Positions 51,216 through 59,918 of a stretch of 64,000 bases of DNA are shown here, piece after piece. Location of the stretch: NCBI GenBank assembly GCA_965223545.1, contig OZ245006.1, positions 1,504,001-1,568,000 of the forward strand. Reading direction: 5' to 3'. The notes below the pieces were generated by a model. That model did no database searches. It worked only from the letters and a program-made list of their open reading frames with translations, and was not told where the DNA came from. Made by a program: the position numbers and the translations under genes. Numbering within the stretch: position 1 is the first letter of the stretch; every line of letters starts with the position of its first letter. The stretch is from Planctomycetota bacterium. Its GTDB lineage: Bacteria; Planctomycetota; UBA1135; UBA2386.

Positions 51216-51400
51216 CCGCGCATTGTACGGGTTCCGCCCAACACGGTTCGCTCGAACTGGCTGAGCGAATGGCTTCCACTTGAGCGCTTCACCGGGACTG
51301 CATGGTGTTGGCGTGCACCGACATTCGTTCGGCATGGTCTGTCGGGTATCCGCGGCGCGCCCTGTCAGGCGCAACGCCTTGTGAGACCGGTGGACCTTCC

Positions 51401-52183
51401 CTATCCCGGCACCAGCGCCAGGCACGCCCCAACTGGATCCTGAACCACCGCAGATGCGTACCCATCGCCGCCGCGCGTCTCCTTGATGATCTTGCCTCCC
51501 TCCTCTCGTACGCGACGGACACTCTCGGCGAGGTCGCCAACGGGGAGATAAATCATCCAGACGGGCGGCAGGCCCTGGTTCACGCCGCGCGCATGGCGGA
51601 CTCCCGCCGCCGGGCTTCCATCATCGCCAAGCAGACTGTAGTCGACGTAGCGCTCGCTCGCGTCTTCCATCGCGGCGTCCCGCACGGACCAGCCCACGAC
51701 CTGTCTATAGAAGTCACCGGTTGCTGAAGCGTCGGCAACCGTCAAGTCGAGCCAGGCGATGCGACCCACACGCGCCTCGGATCGGTGAGTCGTCGGGGGG
51801 ACCGCGTCCGTAGCAACGACTGGGATGGTCCCGAACGCCGCCCCGTTGGGGTCGAGCAGCACCGCCCACTGACTCTTCCCCTCGTCGTCTTTGCCATGCA
51901 TGAGCTCGCTCCCACCCAGATCGAGCGCATGCTTCACACTGGCTGCGACATCGGCGACCTGAATGTGCGGCACCCATTGGAGCGGGAGGTGCTCATATTC
52001 CGTGCCGCGCGCGCCCAAGCCGACGACCGGCGTGCCCAGGTTGTTCATCAGATCCTCGCGCCAAAGCGGGCTCTCCCCCGTGGTGAGTACGCGCGAGTAG
52101 AAACGCACTTCACGTTCGTGTTGGGGAACGGCGATGTCGGCGCTGGAGACTCCGCCGACGCGCGGGACCGAGTGGCTACTCAT
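51401..52183 (-). CDS. VOC/glyoxalase-family protein (two domains)
   Basis: WVPHIQVADVAASV..A..LGG, LLDPNGAAF, IAWLDL, FYRQVVGW, WMIYLPV, QDPVGA. Confidence 0.85.
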   Translation of the reverse strand: MSSHSVPRVGGVSSADIAVPQHEREVRFYSRVLTTGESPLWREDLMNNLGTPVVGLGARGTEYEHLPLQWVPHIQVADVAASVKHALDLGGSELMHGKDDEGKSQWAVLLDPNGAAFGTIPVVATDAVPPTTHRSEARVGRIAWLDLTVADASATGDFYRQVVGWSVRDAAMEDASERYVDYSLLGDDGSPAAGVRHARGVNQGLPPVWMIYLPVGDLAESVRRVREEGGKIIKETRGGDGYASAVVQDPVGACLALVPG

Positions 52184-52374
52184 GGATCGCGTCCTGGTTG
52201 AAGTTACGTTGGGTGGAAGTCCAGTTTCAATGCGCATCGTGAACCGTGCGGTTGCCGGCAGCGTCGACGAGGAGCTCGACTCGCGGCAAGCGCCAGCGTC
52301 ATTCCTGACCCACTCGCTGCAGGACCGAGCGCTGCGGATCCGAGTAGCACAGACTTTGCTTCGCGAGCCTCTCG

Positions 52375-52788
52375 TCACGGTGGGGACGCCTGGGAACCTC
52401 GCAGCGCGCCCATCACTTCACAACGCGCACGCCCGAAGTCCAGACACCGACCGGCGAGCTGAATCAGCCTCTGCTCCTGTTCACGCAGCTCCGCGATCTG
52501 CCGCCGCATGGTCGCGAGCCGGCGTCGCACGAGGGGCTCCACGGTGCTGCAATCCGACGAAACGCGCGACGCCAGGAGCTGCCGCGTCTCGGCGAGGGTG
52601 AAACCGACGGTCTTCGCCGACACGATGAACCGCATTGTGGCGACGGCGATCGAATCGTAGCGGCGGTAGTCGCCCTTGTTGCGTCGCTTGGCACGGAGCA
52701 GATCGCGGCGCTCGTAGTAGCGGATCGTCGAGACGGGCACGCCGACCGCGGCGGCAAGCTGACTGATCGTGAGGTCGCGCTCGGTCAT
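52375..52788 (-). CDS. MerR-family metal-responsive regulator (three Cys)
   Basis: LTISQLAAAVGVPVSTIRYYER, GFTLAE, Cys in DCSTV and RC...RCEV. Confidence 0.9.
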   Translation of the reverse strand: MTERDLTISQLAAAVGVPVSTIRYYERRDLLRAKRRNKGDYRRYDSIAVATMRFIVSAKTVGFTLAETRQLLASRVSSDCSTVEPLVRRRLATMRRQIAELREQEQRLIQLAGRCLDFGRARCEVMGALRGSQASPP

Positions 52789-52809
52789 CGACGCCGCATC
52801 GTAGCGCCG

Positions 52810-53256
52810 CTAGCCGCCGTTGCGCGGCGCGTCGGGGAAGAACGTCGCGGCGAGGAAGTCACGGACGCCCTCCCCACCGACGATGCGCAGCAGCACGCCG
52901 CCCTCGTCCGGGAGGAATACCAACTCGAAGGTCAAGAACGGGCAACAGCGCCGCTCCAACCCGATCCACTCGACCAGCTCGAGGAGCTTCGGTCGGGGGA
53001 AGGAGACCTCGTAGCCGTCATCGATCGGCATCACGCGGCCGATGGTCTTGCGCAGCACGAGGTTGAGCGAGATGCGGCGCTCGAGCTCTTTCTCGTCGAG
53101 CGCTGGAAGGCACTGGATCGGGGTCGTGCTGAGCGGGAGCGTCACGGTGGTGACGGTCTTGGGGGCCGGGTCCTGACTGGTGGTCATCGCGGAGAGGAGG
53201 AGAGTCGCGGCAATGAGGAGCATGAGTGGGTTGGAGAGCTCGGCTGTTGGCTTCAT
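52810..53256 (-). CDS. Small protein with N-terminal hydrophobic segment and ERRCCPFL motif
   Basis: PIQCL and WIGLERRCCPFLTFEL; directly upstream of merR. Confidence 0.7.
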   Translation of the reverse strand: MKPTAELSNPLMLLIAATLLLSAMTTSQDPAPKTVTTVTLPLSTTPIQCLPALDEKELERRISLNLVLRKTIGRVMPIDDGYEVSFPRPKLLELVEWIGLERRCCPFLTFELVFLPDEGGVLLRIVGGEGVRDFLAATFFPDAPRNGG

Positions 53257-53264
53257 GGGCTCCG

Positions 53265-53296
53265 AGCCTAGGCCCTGCACCATGGTGCAAGGTCAA
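53265..53296 (-). promoter_or_regulatory. MerR-type promoter/operator
   Basis: Minus strand TTGACC, 20 nt, TAGGCT, with dyad CCTTGCAC-CATG-GTGCAGGG over the spacer. Confidence 0.8.
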
Positions 53297-53460
53297 GAGG
53301 GTGTGCGACCCCGGCTTGCGCTGCTTCTCACGCTCATCATGCTCCTCCCCAGCTTGCAGGAGCTCGCGTCATTCCTGGTCCATTCGCCCCAGGATCAAGC
53401 ACTCGACTCGCCGGCAGTCGTGGCGCACGGTTGGGCAAATCCGAACGAGCCTCGCCGACC

Positions 53461-53721
53461 TCACCATCCGAGGATCGCCGGCAACCGACGCCCACCGGCA
53501 TCGAGCAGGACCCACGCATTCACCAGAACAACGAAGACGGTGATCGCGCGGCCGGCCTGTGGGAGTTGCCGCCAGGCGGCGCAAGAGAGCAAGATCGCAA
53601 TCCCTGCGAAGACGATCGCCAGGCTCACGGCACCGATGTAGTCTCCGCTGGCCAAAGTCGTGCAGTTGGCGATGACGGCATAGATCGTCAGTAGAAGCGC
53701 GACGAACGGTAGGTAGCCCAT
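53461..53721 (-). CDS. Small membrane protein (about 3 TM), hypothetical
   Basis: 86-aa hydrophobic ORF MGYLPFVALLLTIYAVIANC... Confidence 0.5.
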   Translation of the reverse strand: MGYLPFVALLLTIYAVIANCTTLASGDYIGAVSLAIVFAGIAILLSCAAWRQLPQAGRAITVFVVLVNAWVLLDAGGRRLPAILGW

Positions 53722-53983
53722 GCGCGATGCCGGTCTCCGGCGCCTGGTTGAACTCGGGTCACGAGGAACTCGAGACCACCCTCCCACGATCGCCGGAGGC
53801 CGTGGGGTCAGGCCGGACCTTCCCCGCGTGTCATGCACGCAAGTGGTCGGCGACCGCGCCTGCGTCGAGATGACGACCTGCCGCATCGACTCGCCAAACG
53901 GCGGTACCCGGCGTCGGCCGTCAGCCGCTGCGAACTGCCGGCCCCCTCGCCAAAGCGCGTGGCGATCCGCCCGGACCCCCTAC

Positions 53984-54006
53984 TTGACTTAGTCCATAGC
54001 TTAGTC
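53984..54006 (+). promoter_or_regulatory. Probable TA autoregulatory operator/promoter
   Basis: TTGACT at 53984 overlapping tandem CTTAGTC repeats (53988-94, 54000-06), just upstream of the antitoxin ATG. Confidence 0.5.
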
Positions 54007-54018
54007 GATAAGGACCCC

Positions 54019-54255
54019 ATGCTGACCTACAACGTGCACGACGCCAAGACGCACTTCTCGCGCCTTCTGGCCCGCGTCGCGGCCGGCGAGGAGGTCCTGA
54101 TCGCACGGGCGGGCGAGCCGGTCGCCAAGATCGTGCCGGTGCGGTCGTCGCGGCCTCGCCAGCCCGACACTCTGCGCGACCGGTTGTGGGTGGCCGACGA
54201 CTTCGACGCTCCGCTTCCGAACGACCTGCTCGATGGGTTCGAGGGAAGGGGATGA
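54019..54255 (+). CDS. Phd/YefM-family antitoxin
   Basis: YNVHDAKTHFSRLLARVAAGEEVLIARAGEPVAKIVP...DDFDAPLP. Confidence 0.92.
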   Translation: MLTYNVHDAKTHFSRLLARVAAGEEVLIARAGEPVAKIVPVRSSRPRQPDTLRDRLWVADDFDAPLPNDLLDGFEGRG

Positions 54256-54641
54256 GGGCCCTGCTCGACTCCCATGTCCTTCTGTGGTGGCTCTCGGATG
54301 CGGCGCGACTCGCACCCGCGGCGCGGGCTCTGCTCGAGGACCAGCGCAGTGAGCTGCTGTGGAGCGCGGCATCGACCTGGGAGCTGGGCATCAAGGTCGC
54401 CCTCGGCAAGCTGACCCTCCCCGAGCCGCTCGAGCGGTTCGTCCCGCGGCAGATCCGCGAGCAAAGCCTGATCGGGCTGCCCATCTACCACGACCACGCC
54501 GTGCGCGCGTCGGGCTTGCCGAGCATTCATCGCGACCCGTTCGACCGGATGCTGGTCGCGCAAGCGCTGGTGGAGAACGTTCCGCTGGTCACGCGCGACC
54601 GCGCCCTGGAGGGCTACGGCGTCGGGTGCGTCGAAGCGTAA
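54252..54641 (+). CDS. vapC: PIN-domain (VapC) toxin
   Basis: LLDSHVLLWW, SAASTWELGIK, HRDPFDRMLVAQA, LVTRD; ATGA overlap with the antitoxin. Confidence 0.92.
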   Translation: MRALLDSHVLLWWLSDAARLAPAARALLEDQRSELLWSAASTWELGIKVALGKLTLPEPLERFVPRQIREQSLIGLPIYHDHAVRASGLPSIHRDPFDRMLVAQALVENVPLVTRDRALEGYGVGCVEA

Positions 54642-54651
54642 GCGTCCCGCA

Positions 54652-55404
54652 TCAGCGCCGCACCCCGACGAACACGTCGCGGGGCCCATCCTCGAACGTG
54701 GAGTGCTCGAACGCCGCGATGCGCGCCTCGAACCCCGCCTGCTCGAGCACACCCAACCACGTCGCGCGGGGGAACAACCCCTCGACGTGACGGTCGTGGA
54801 CGACCCGCGGCGGCGCATTGCCCTCGCGCAACAGATACGCGTAGTCGACCACGACCGTGGTGTCGCCGGGGTCGGGGTCGTGCGACCAAGCGAGGTAGCG
54901 CAGACCACGCCCATCGCCGTCATGACCGCCGTGGCTGGTCTCTGGCGCAAACGTCTCGTGAACGTGGTCCGGCGCGAGCAGCACGGCTCCGCCCGGCGCA
55001 CAGTGCCGGTACGCGACGCGCGCCACGGCAGCGAGGTCCTCCTCCCGCGTCATGTATTGGACCGCGTCGTGCACGAAAACGCGATCGAACTCCCGACCGA
55101 GCTCCAGTTCCCGCATGTCGGCCTGGATGTGCTCGCAGCCGGGGTTCAACCCCCGGCTGACCTCCAGCATCGCCGGCGCCCGGTCGACGAGCGTGATCGA
55201 GAAGCGGTCGGCGAGGTGGGACGCGGTGTTGCCGCCACCACTCCCGAGCTCCAACAACGCCTCCATCCGGCGCGGCGCCGCGCCTTCGAGGATCGAGGCG
55301 AAGGTGGCCGCCTCCTCGGCGTAGTCCTCGGGCGCGGACAGGAGCGGCCACCACGCGGCGAGGTCGGTGTAGAGAAGCGGCTGGTCGGCGTCGGGGTTGA
55401 GCAT
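54652..55404 (-). CDS. Class I SAM-dependent methyltransferase
   Basis: LYTDLAAWWPLLS, LLELGSGGG, QADMR, FDRVFVHDA. Confidence 0.88.
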   Translation of the reverse strand: MLNPDADQPLLYTDLAAWWPLLSAPEDYAEEAATFASILEGAAPRRMEALLELGSGGGNTASHLADRFSITLVDRAPAMLEVSRGLNPGCEHIQADMRELELGREFDRVFVHDAVQYMTREEDLAAVARVAYRHCAPGGAVLLAPDHVHETFAPETSHGGHDGDGRGLRYLAWSHDPDPGDTTVVVDYAYLLREGNAPPRVVHDRHVEGLFPRATWLGVLEQAGFEARIAAFEHSTFEDGPRDVFVGVRR

Positions 55405-55510
55405 GCTCGCAGAGTCCTTCGTTTCGCACTCGCGCGTCGCGACCCAGCGTAGCCGCCATTTCGTTCCCACCCGTGCAATGGCGCGCCTCCAGCGCGATCA
55501 TGGGATGTCG

Positions 55511-56464
55511 ATGGCTATCGTCCACAGTGCTTCGGGGTTCGGTGCGAACATCGCGCTGAGCTATCGCCTGACGATCGCGTCCCTGCGGCTCGTGTTCGAG
55601 CACAAGACCGTCCTGCTGCTGCCCGTGTGTACGCTCCTCGCGGTCACGGCCCTCGTCGTGGTGCCGCTGGCACTGCTGATCTGGGGCCTCAAGTACGAGC
55701 CCCAAACGACCACCAACGTGCTCGAGCTGCTGTTCTACTTCGCCGTGCAGGCGGCCAAGGCGGAGAACTGGAACCTCGCCATCTCCGTCGGCATCGTACA
55801 CGCCTACCTGCTCTGGTCGCTGTGGATGATCCCGGTGCTCACGGCCGTGCTCTACTTCTCCACCGTCGGCATGCACGTGGCGACGCAGCAGATTCGGCGC
55901 GAGGAGCCGCGGTTGAGCGCTGCGTTCGCGGTCGCGAACGCAAACTACTGGCGCATCGTGGGGCTGGCGGTGTTCAACGCCACCGTCTACGCCTGGATCA
56001 ACTACGCGCTGACGTACGTGCTGCGCGCCATTCCGTTCGCCGGGCGCTGGCTCCTCGCCGGCGTGCGCCTGGTGCTGAGCGCGCTCACCTACCTGATGCT
56101 GCCGATCGTCATCTACGAGCGAGCCGGCGCTCGCGAGGCCATGCGGTCGGCGTGGCAGCAGGTGAAGCGCACCTGGAGCGGGGTGCTGGTCGGCTCGGGG
56201 CTGATGTTCTTCGCGCTGTTCTGCCTGTTCGAGGTGTTCGCCTGGGGCGTCGCGCAACGGGTCTTGGACGTGACCACGGTGGGCATTCTGTCGCTGGTCG
56301 CCGCGGCAGTGTTGTATGCCATCGCCAACGCGGTGAGCGCCGCGCTGCGTGCCGTGCTCTATTGGTATGCCGCCACGGGAGAGCTTCCGCCGGGGTTCGA
56401 GGACCGCGACCTGCCCGAGATCGCCGAGCACCGGCCATTCACGGCGACGGCGGAGTCCGCCTGA
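55511..56464 (+). CDS. Multi-pass membrane protein (DUF6159-like)
   Basis: SLRLVFEHKTVLLLP, LPIVIYE, AMRSAWQQVKRTW, AVLYWYAATGELPPGF. Confidence 0.7.
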   Translation: MAIVHSASGFGANIALSYRLTIASLRLVFEHKTVLLLPVCTLLAVTALVVVPLALLIWGLKYEPQTTTNVLELLFYFAVQAAKAENWNLAISVGIVHAYLLWSLWMIPVLTAVLYFSTVGMHVATQQIRREEPRLSAAFAVANANYWRIVGLAVFNATVYAWINYALTYVLRAIPFAGRWLLAGVRLVLSALTYLMLPIVIYERAGAREAMRSAWQQVKRTWSGVLVGSGLMFFALFCLFEVFAWGVAQRVLDVTTVGILSLVAAAVLYAIANAVSAALRAVLYWYAATGELPPGFEDRDLPEIAEHRPFTATAESA

Positions 56465-56484
56465 CGCACACGCTCCCCACTGCC

Positions 56485-59106
56485 CTAATGCCGAACCGTC
56501 GCCTCCCGCGCCCGCGTGTGCGCTTCCCGCAACGCGTCGATCAGCTCCCCATACCCCGCATAACGATCCCCCGGCGCGGTGCTCAACAACCGCGCCAGCA
56601 CTCCCACGACACACTCGGCAACTCCACCCTCCCGCAAACGCGGCGCTTCCACCGGCGTCGTCAACCGCGCCAGCTGCTCGCTCGGCTCGGTGCCCCATAG
56701 CGGGTGGCCGGTGAGCAGGTGATAGAGCAACACCCCGAGCGCGTACATATCCGACTGTGCCGACGCCGGCTTGCCCCGCAACAACTCCGGCGCCAGGTAG
56801 GCCAGGGTGCCGACGACCTTGCCGGTGCCGGTGAGGCTCGCCTGTGACGCGGCGAGCTTGGCGAGGCCGAAGTCGGTGAGCTTGATCACGCCGCGCTCGT
56901 TGCGCATCACGTTGGACAGCTTGATGTCGCGGTGGATGACCTGTTGTTCGTGGGCGTAGGCGAGCGCGTGCGAGAGATCGAGGGCGATGGCGATCGCGGC
57001 GTCGGCGGGCAGGGAGCCCTTTTGCTCGAGCTCCTCGGCCAGCGTGCCGTTGGCGAGGTATTCCATGGCGAGGAACAGGCGGCTGCCGACCTCCTCGAGC
57101 GCGTGCAGCTGCGTGATGTTGGGGTGGTTGAGGTTGGCGAGCAGGTGCGCCTCGCGCCGCAGCCGGCTGGCCAGATCGTCGCCGGTCGGGTCGACGATGA
57201 ACTTGAGGGCGACGCGGCGGCGCAGACGCTCATCGATCGCTTCATACACCGAGCCCATGCCGCCGCGGCCGAGATGGCGGCCCAGCCGGTAGTGTCCGAC
57301 GCGCGCGCCGGGCGCCAGGCCGACGAGCTCGCCAGCATCCTCGGACTCGGTCGGTTGGCTCCGCGCGCGCGCGCGGTCGATGACCAGCGCGGCCTGGTTG
57401 GCGACGGTCTTGAGCAAGTCCAAGTCCTCGCTGTTGATCGGCGCTCCGTCGCGGCGCGGTCCCAGCGCGAGCAAGCCGACCAGCTGCTGGCGCACCGAGG
57501 TGAGCGGCAGCAGGAGAACCGCGCCGAGCTGGCTCATCCGCTCCAAGCACGACTCCCGGACCGCGGCCAGGCGGGGGTTGTCGTCGAAGTCGTCGCGATG
57601 GATCTCGGACGAGATCAGCGACGCCAGCTGCATCAGCGGCTCGTCCATGGTGAGCACGTCGCTGCAGGACACCGGCACCCGCGCGGAACGCGCCTCGAGC
57701 ACGAACCCCTCGCTCTTGTTGAGGAACACCGTGGCGCACTCGAGGCCGGCGACCTCGGTGGTGATCCGCACCAGACTCTCCGCTGCCTCACGCTCGTCGC
57801 GCAGCGCGCCGAGCTCGGCGCTGGCGTCGCGCAGCGCTTCCAGATAGCGAAACCGGTCGAGGTTGATGCCCCGGTCGACGAGCTGCTGCACCCGCGGCCG
57901 CAGCGCCCCGCCGATCAACACCGCCACGCACAGGAACACGCCAGTGACCACGGGCGAACGCGCCAGCTCGCTGTCGCCGAACAGCGCACCGACCGCCGCC
58001 GCCAGCGCACCGTAGACGAGGGCCGCGACCAGAAAGAGCCCGCCCCAGGCCACGCTGCGGCGGAAGACGACCTCCACGTCGAACAATCGGTGCATGAGGA
58101 TGCCGTAGCCGAACACGACGGGGATCAACAGCAGCCCCAGGGCGAGGTACGGAGACGGGGGCACGAAGAACGAGTAGCCAATCGCCACGACCCCCACCGA
58201 TGCCACCATGCTCCCGATGTACAGCTCGAGCTTGCGCGCCTCCTGCCGCGTCGGCGCCACCAAGCGGGCGCAAAGGACGTAGGCCACGGCGAAGACCATG
58301 AACAGCACGCGCACCGCGGCGACGTAGCCGTTGCCGTCGCTTACCGAACCGCTCGCCGAGCCCGCCAGGATCGCGGCGAACGCGACGATCCACGGCAGCG
58401 CGTGCACCCACGGGCGGCCATCCACCCACGCCCGGGGCCCCAGCGCGAGCACGAGGGTCATCCACGCCGGGCCGGTGGCGTAGCGGAACAGGACCGCGAG
58501 CCACTCGAACCGAGGCGTCGGGCCGCCGAGGACCGGCCCGATCAGGAACTCGGTACCGATGACTCCGGAGCCGATGGCAAAGGCGAGCGCCTCCCGCGAG
58601 CTCGGGCGCGCGCGAAACACCAGCAGGCCGAACGCCGCGATGAAGAACCCGACGATGGGATAGAGCAGGGAGCGCTGCAGGAAGATCTGCTCCGGCAACC
58701 GCGCGAGCGCGAGCCCGACCTCGCTGCTGACACCCCCGGGATCCACAACCCGCAACCCGACCCGATCGCCGACTGCCGCGCGACCGAGCGCGGCGCGCAT
58801 GGCGTGGCCAGCAGCCAACGCGTCATGCTGGGTGCGGCCGACCAGCGGATCTGCGTGCGCGGGCAGCGCGTGCCAAGTCTCGCCTGTCCGAACCGCCACT
58901 GCCGACAGCGTGCTCCGCTCCAACAGCGGCCGCAGCTCTTCCGGGACCTCTTCCAGATGCCGGTAGTTGACGGTGCCGTGCGGCCCCAGCGTGAACCCCG
59001 GCCACGGGGTCGACCGCCAAGCCAGCGCGTCGTGGACCTGCACGACCACCAGGAACAGCAACACGGCGACCGCGGTGCTGAACCAAACGCGTTGAGTCTT
59101 GGACAT
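56485..59106 (-). CDS. Membrane Ser/Thr protein kinase: extracellular domain, multi-TM region, GAF domain, C-terminal Hanks kinase
   Basis: LGRGGMGSVY, VALK, IHRDIKLSN, DFG, YLAPE, SDMYALG; GAF-like LLLPL..LVGLLALGPR...EDLDLLKTVANQAA. Confidence 0.92.
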   Translation of the reverse strand: MSKTQRVWFSTAVAVLLFLVVVQVHDALAWRSTPWPGFTLGPHGTVNYRHLEEVPEELRPLLERSTLSAVAVRTGETWHALPAHADPLVGRTQHDALAAGHAMRAALGRAAVGDRVGLRVVDPGGVSSEVGLALARLPEQIFLQRSLLYPIVGFFIAAFGLLVFRARPSSREALAFAIGSGVIGTEFLIGPVLGGPTPRFEWLAVLFRYATGPAWMTLVLALGPRAWVDGRPWVHALPWIVAFAAILAGSASGSVSDGNGYVAAVRVLFMVFAVAYVLCARLVAPTRQEARKLELYIGSMVASVGVVAIGYSFFVPPSPYLALGLLLIPVVFGYGILMHRLFDVEVVFRRSVAWGGLFLVAALVYGALAAAVGALFGDSELARSPVVTGVFLCVAVLIGGALRPRVQQLVDRGINLDRFRYLEALRDASAELGALRDEREAAESLVRITTEVAGLECATVFLNKSEGFVLEARSARVPVSCSDVLTMDEPLMQLASLISSEIHRDDFDDNPRLAAVRESCLERMSQLGAVLLLPLTSVRQQLVGLLALGPRRDGAPINSEDLDLLKTVANQAALVIDRARARSQPTESEDAGELVGLAPGARVGHYRLGRHLGRGGMGSVYEAIDERLRRRVALKFIVDPTGDDLASRLRREAHLLANLNHPNITQLHALEEVGSRLFLAMEYLANGTLAEELEQKGSLPADAAIAIALDLSHALAYAHEQQVIHRDIKLSNVMRNERGVIKLTDFGLAKLAASQASLTGTGKVVGTLAYLAPELLRGKPASAQSDMYALGVLLYHLLTGHPLWGTEPSEQLARLTTPVEAPRLREGGVAECVVGVLARLLSTAPGDRYAGYGELIDALREAHTRAREATVRH

Positions 59107-59198
59107 GGAACCAGACGCCGGCGAGCAGCGTCTCCCGGGTCAATAGAACACGACGCCGGCACCGCGTCCAACCGGGCGCCCTGCGGCATGAGAGACGC

Positions 59199-59867
59199 TC
59201 ACACGCGATCGATCAGCGGTTGGTAGCGGTCCAGCTTGCGCTCGAGGCACTCGATGACCTTCTTCTTGGCGCGGCTGAACACGACGCGCGTCACGTTGAC
59301 GTCGGCGTGCCCCACCGCACTGGCGATCTCCTCGAACGACACATCGGAACGCCGCAAGACGTACACCCGCCGCGCCTGCTCGTTGTCCAAGCGCTGCACG
59401 CAGCTGGCCTCGGAACCCTCCAGCTCGAGCGCGCGCAGCTCACCACTCGCGCTCGGCGTGGCGCGGTCCGCCGTGCCGGCGACCAGATCGATGCCCTGCG
59501 AGTCGTGCTGCTGCTGCACGCGGCCGCCGCCGCTGCGCTGGCGCCGATGCCGCCGCCACTCATCGGCCACCTGGTTCTTGGCCAAGCGCCGCACCCACGC
59601 CCAAAACTTCGTCCGCCCCTCGAGCCGGAGCTGCGGCAGGTCGCGCAGCATCCGCACCAGGACTGCGCTGAGCAGGTCTTCGAACTCGACCTCGGGCGGC
59701 AAGCGCAGCGCGGCACAATCGTGGCGCAAGAACGCCTGCACGCGCTCGGACAAACGCTGCCAAGATCGGTTCCAGGCCGACGCGTCCTCGGCCTGCGCCC
59801 GCCGCGCGCACTCGACGTCGCGCAACGTGTCGGGCTCGGGCGGGCGATCGGGGTCGGGAGCAGCCAT
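59199..59867 (-). CDS. ECF sigma factor (kinase-associated type)
   Basis: RAQAEDASAW, FEDLLS, KFWAWVRRLAKNQVADEWR, ATPS, SFEEIA, FSRA. Confidence 0.85.
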   Translation of the reverse strand: MAAPDPDRPPEPDTLRDVECARRAQAEDASAWNRSWQRLSERVQAFLRHDCAALRLPPEVEFEDLLSAVLVRMLRDLPQLRLEGRTKFWAWVRRLAKNQVADEWRRHRRQRSGGGRVQQQHDSQGIDLVAGTADRATPSASGELRALELEGSEASCVQRLDNEQARRVYVLRRSDVSFEEIASAVGHADVNVTRVVFSRAKKKVIECLERKLDRYQPLIDRV

Positions 59868-59918
59868 GGCGATTGCATCCTACTTCATGCTGGGGTGCGG
59901 CTCGCGTGCCCGGCCACC

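Noticed and set aside
51236..51333. attC-like site (minus-strand GTTGGGC before the gene at 51215; CCAACAC/GTGTTGG inverted repeat)
   Set aside because: No pairing L boxes, no similar sites at other genes in the patch and no integron integrase; an IntegronFinder covariance search would settle it
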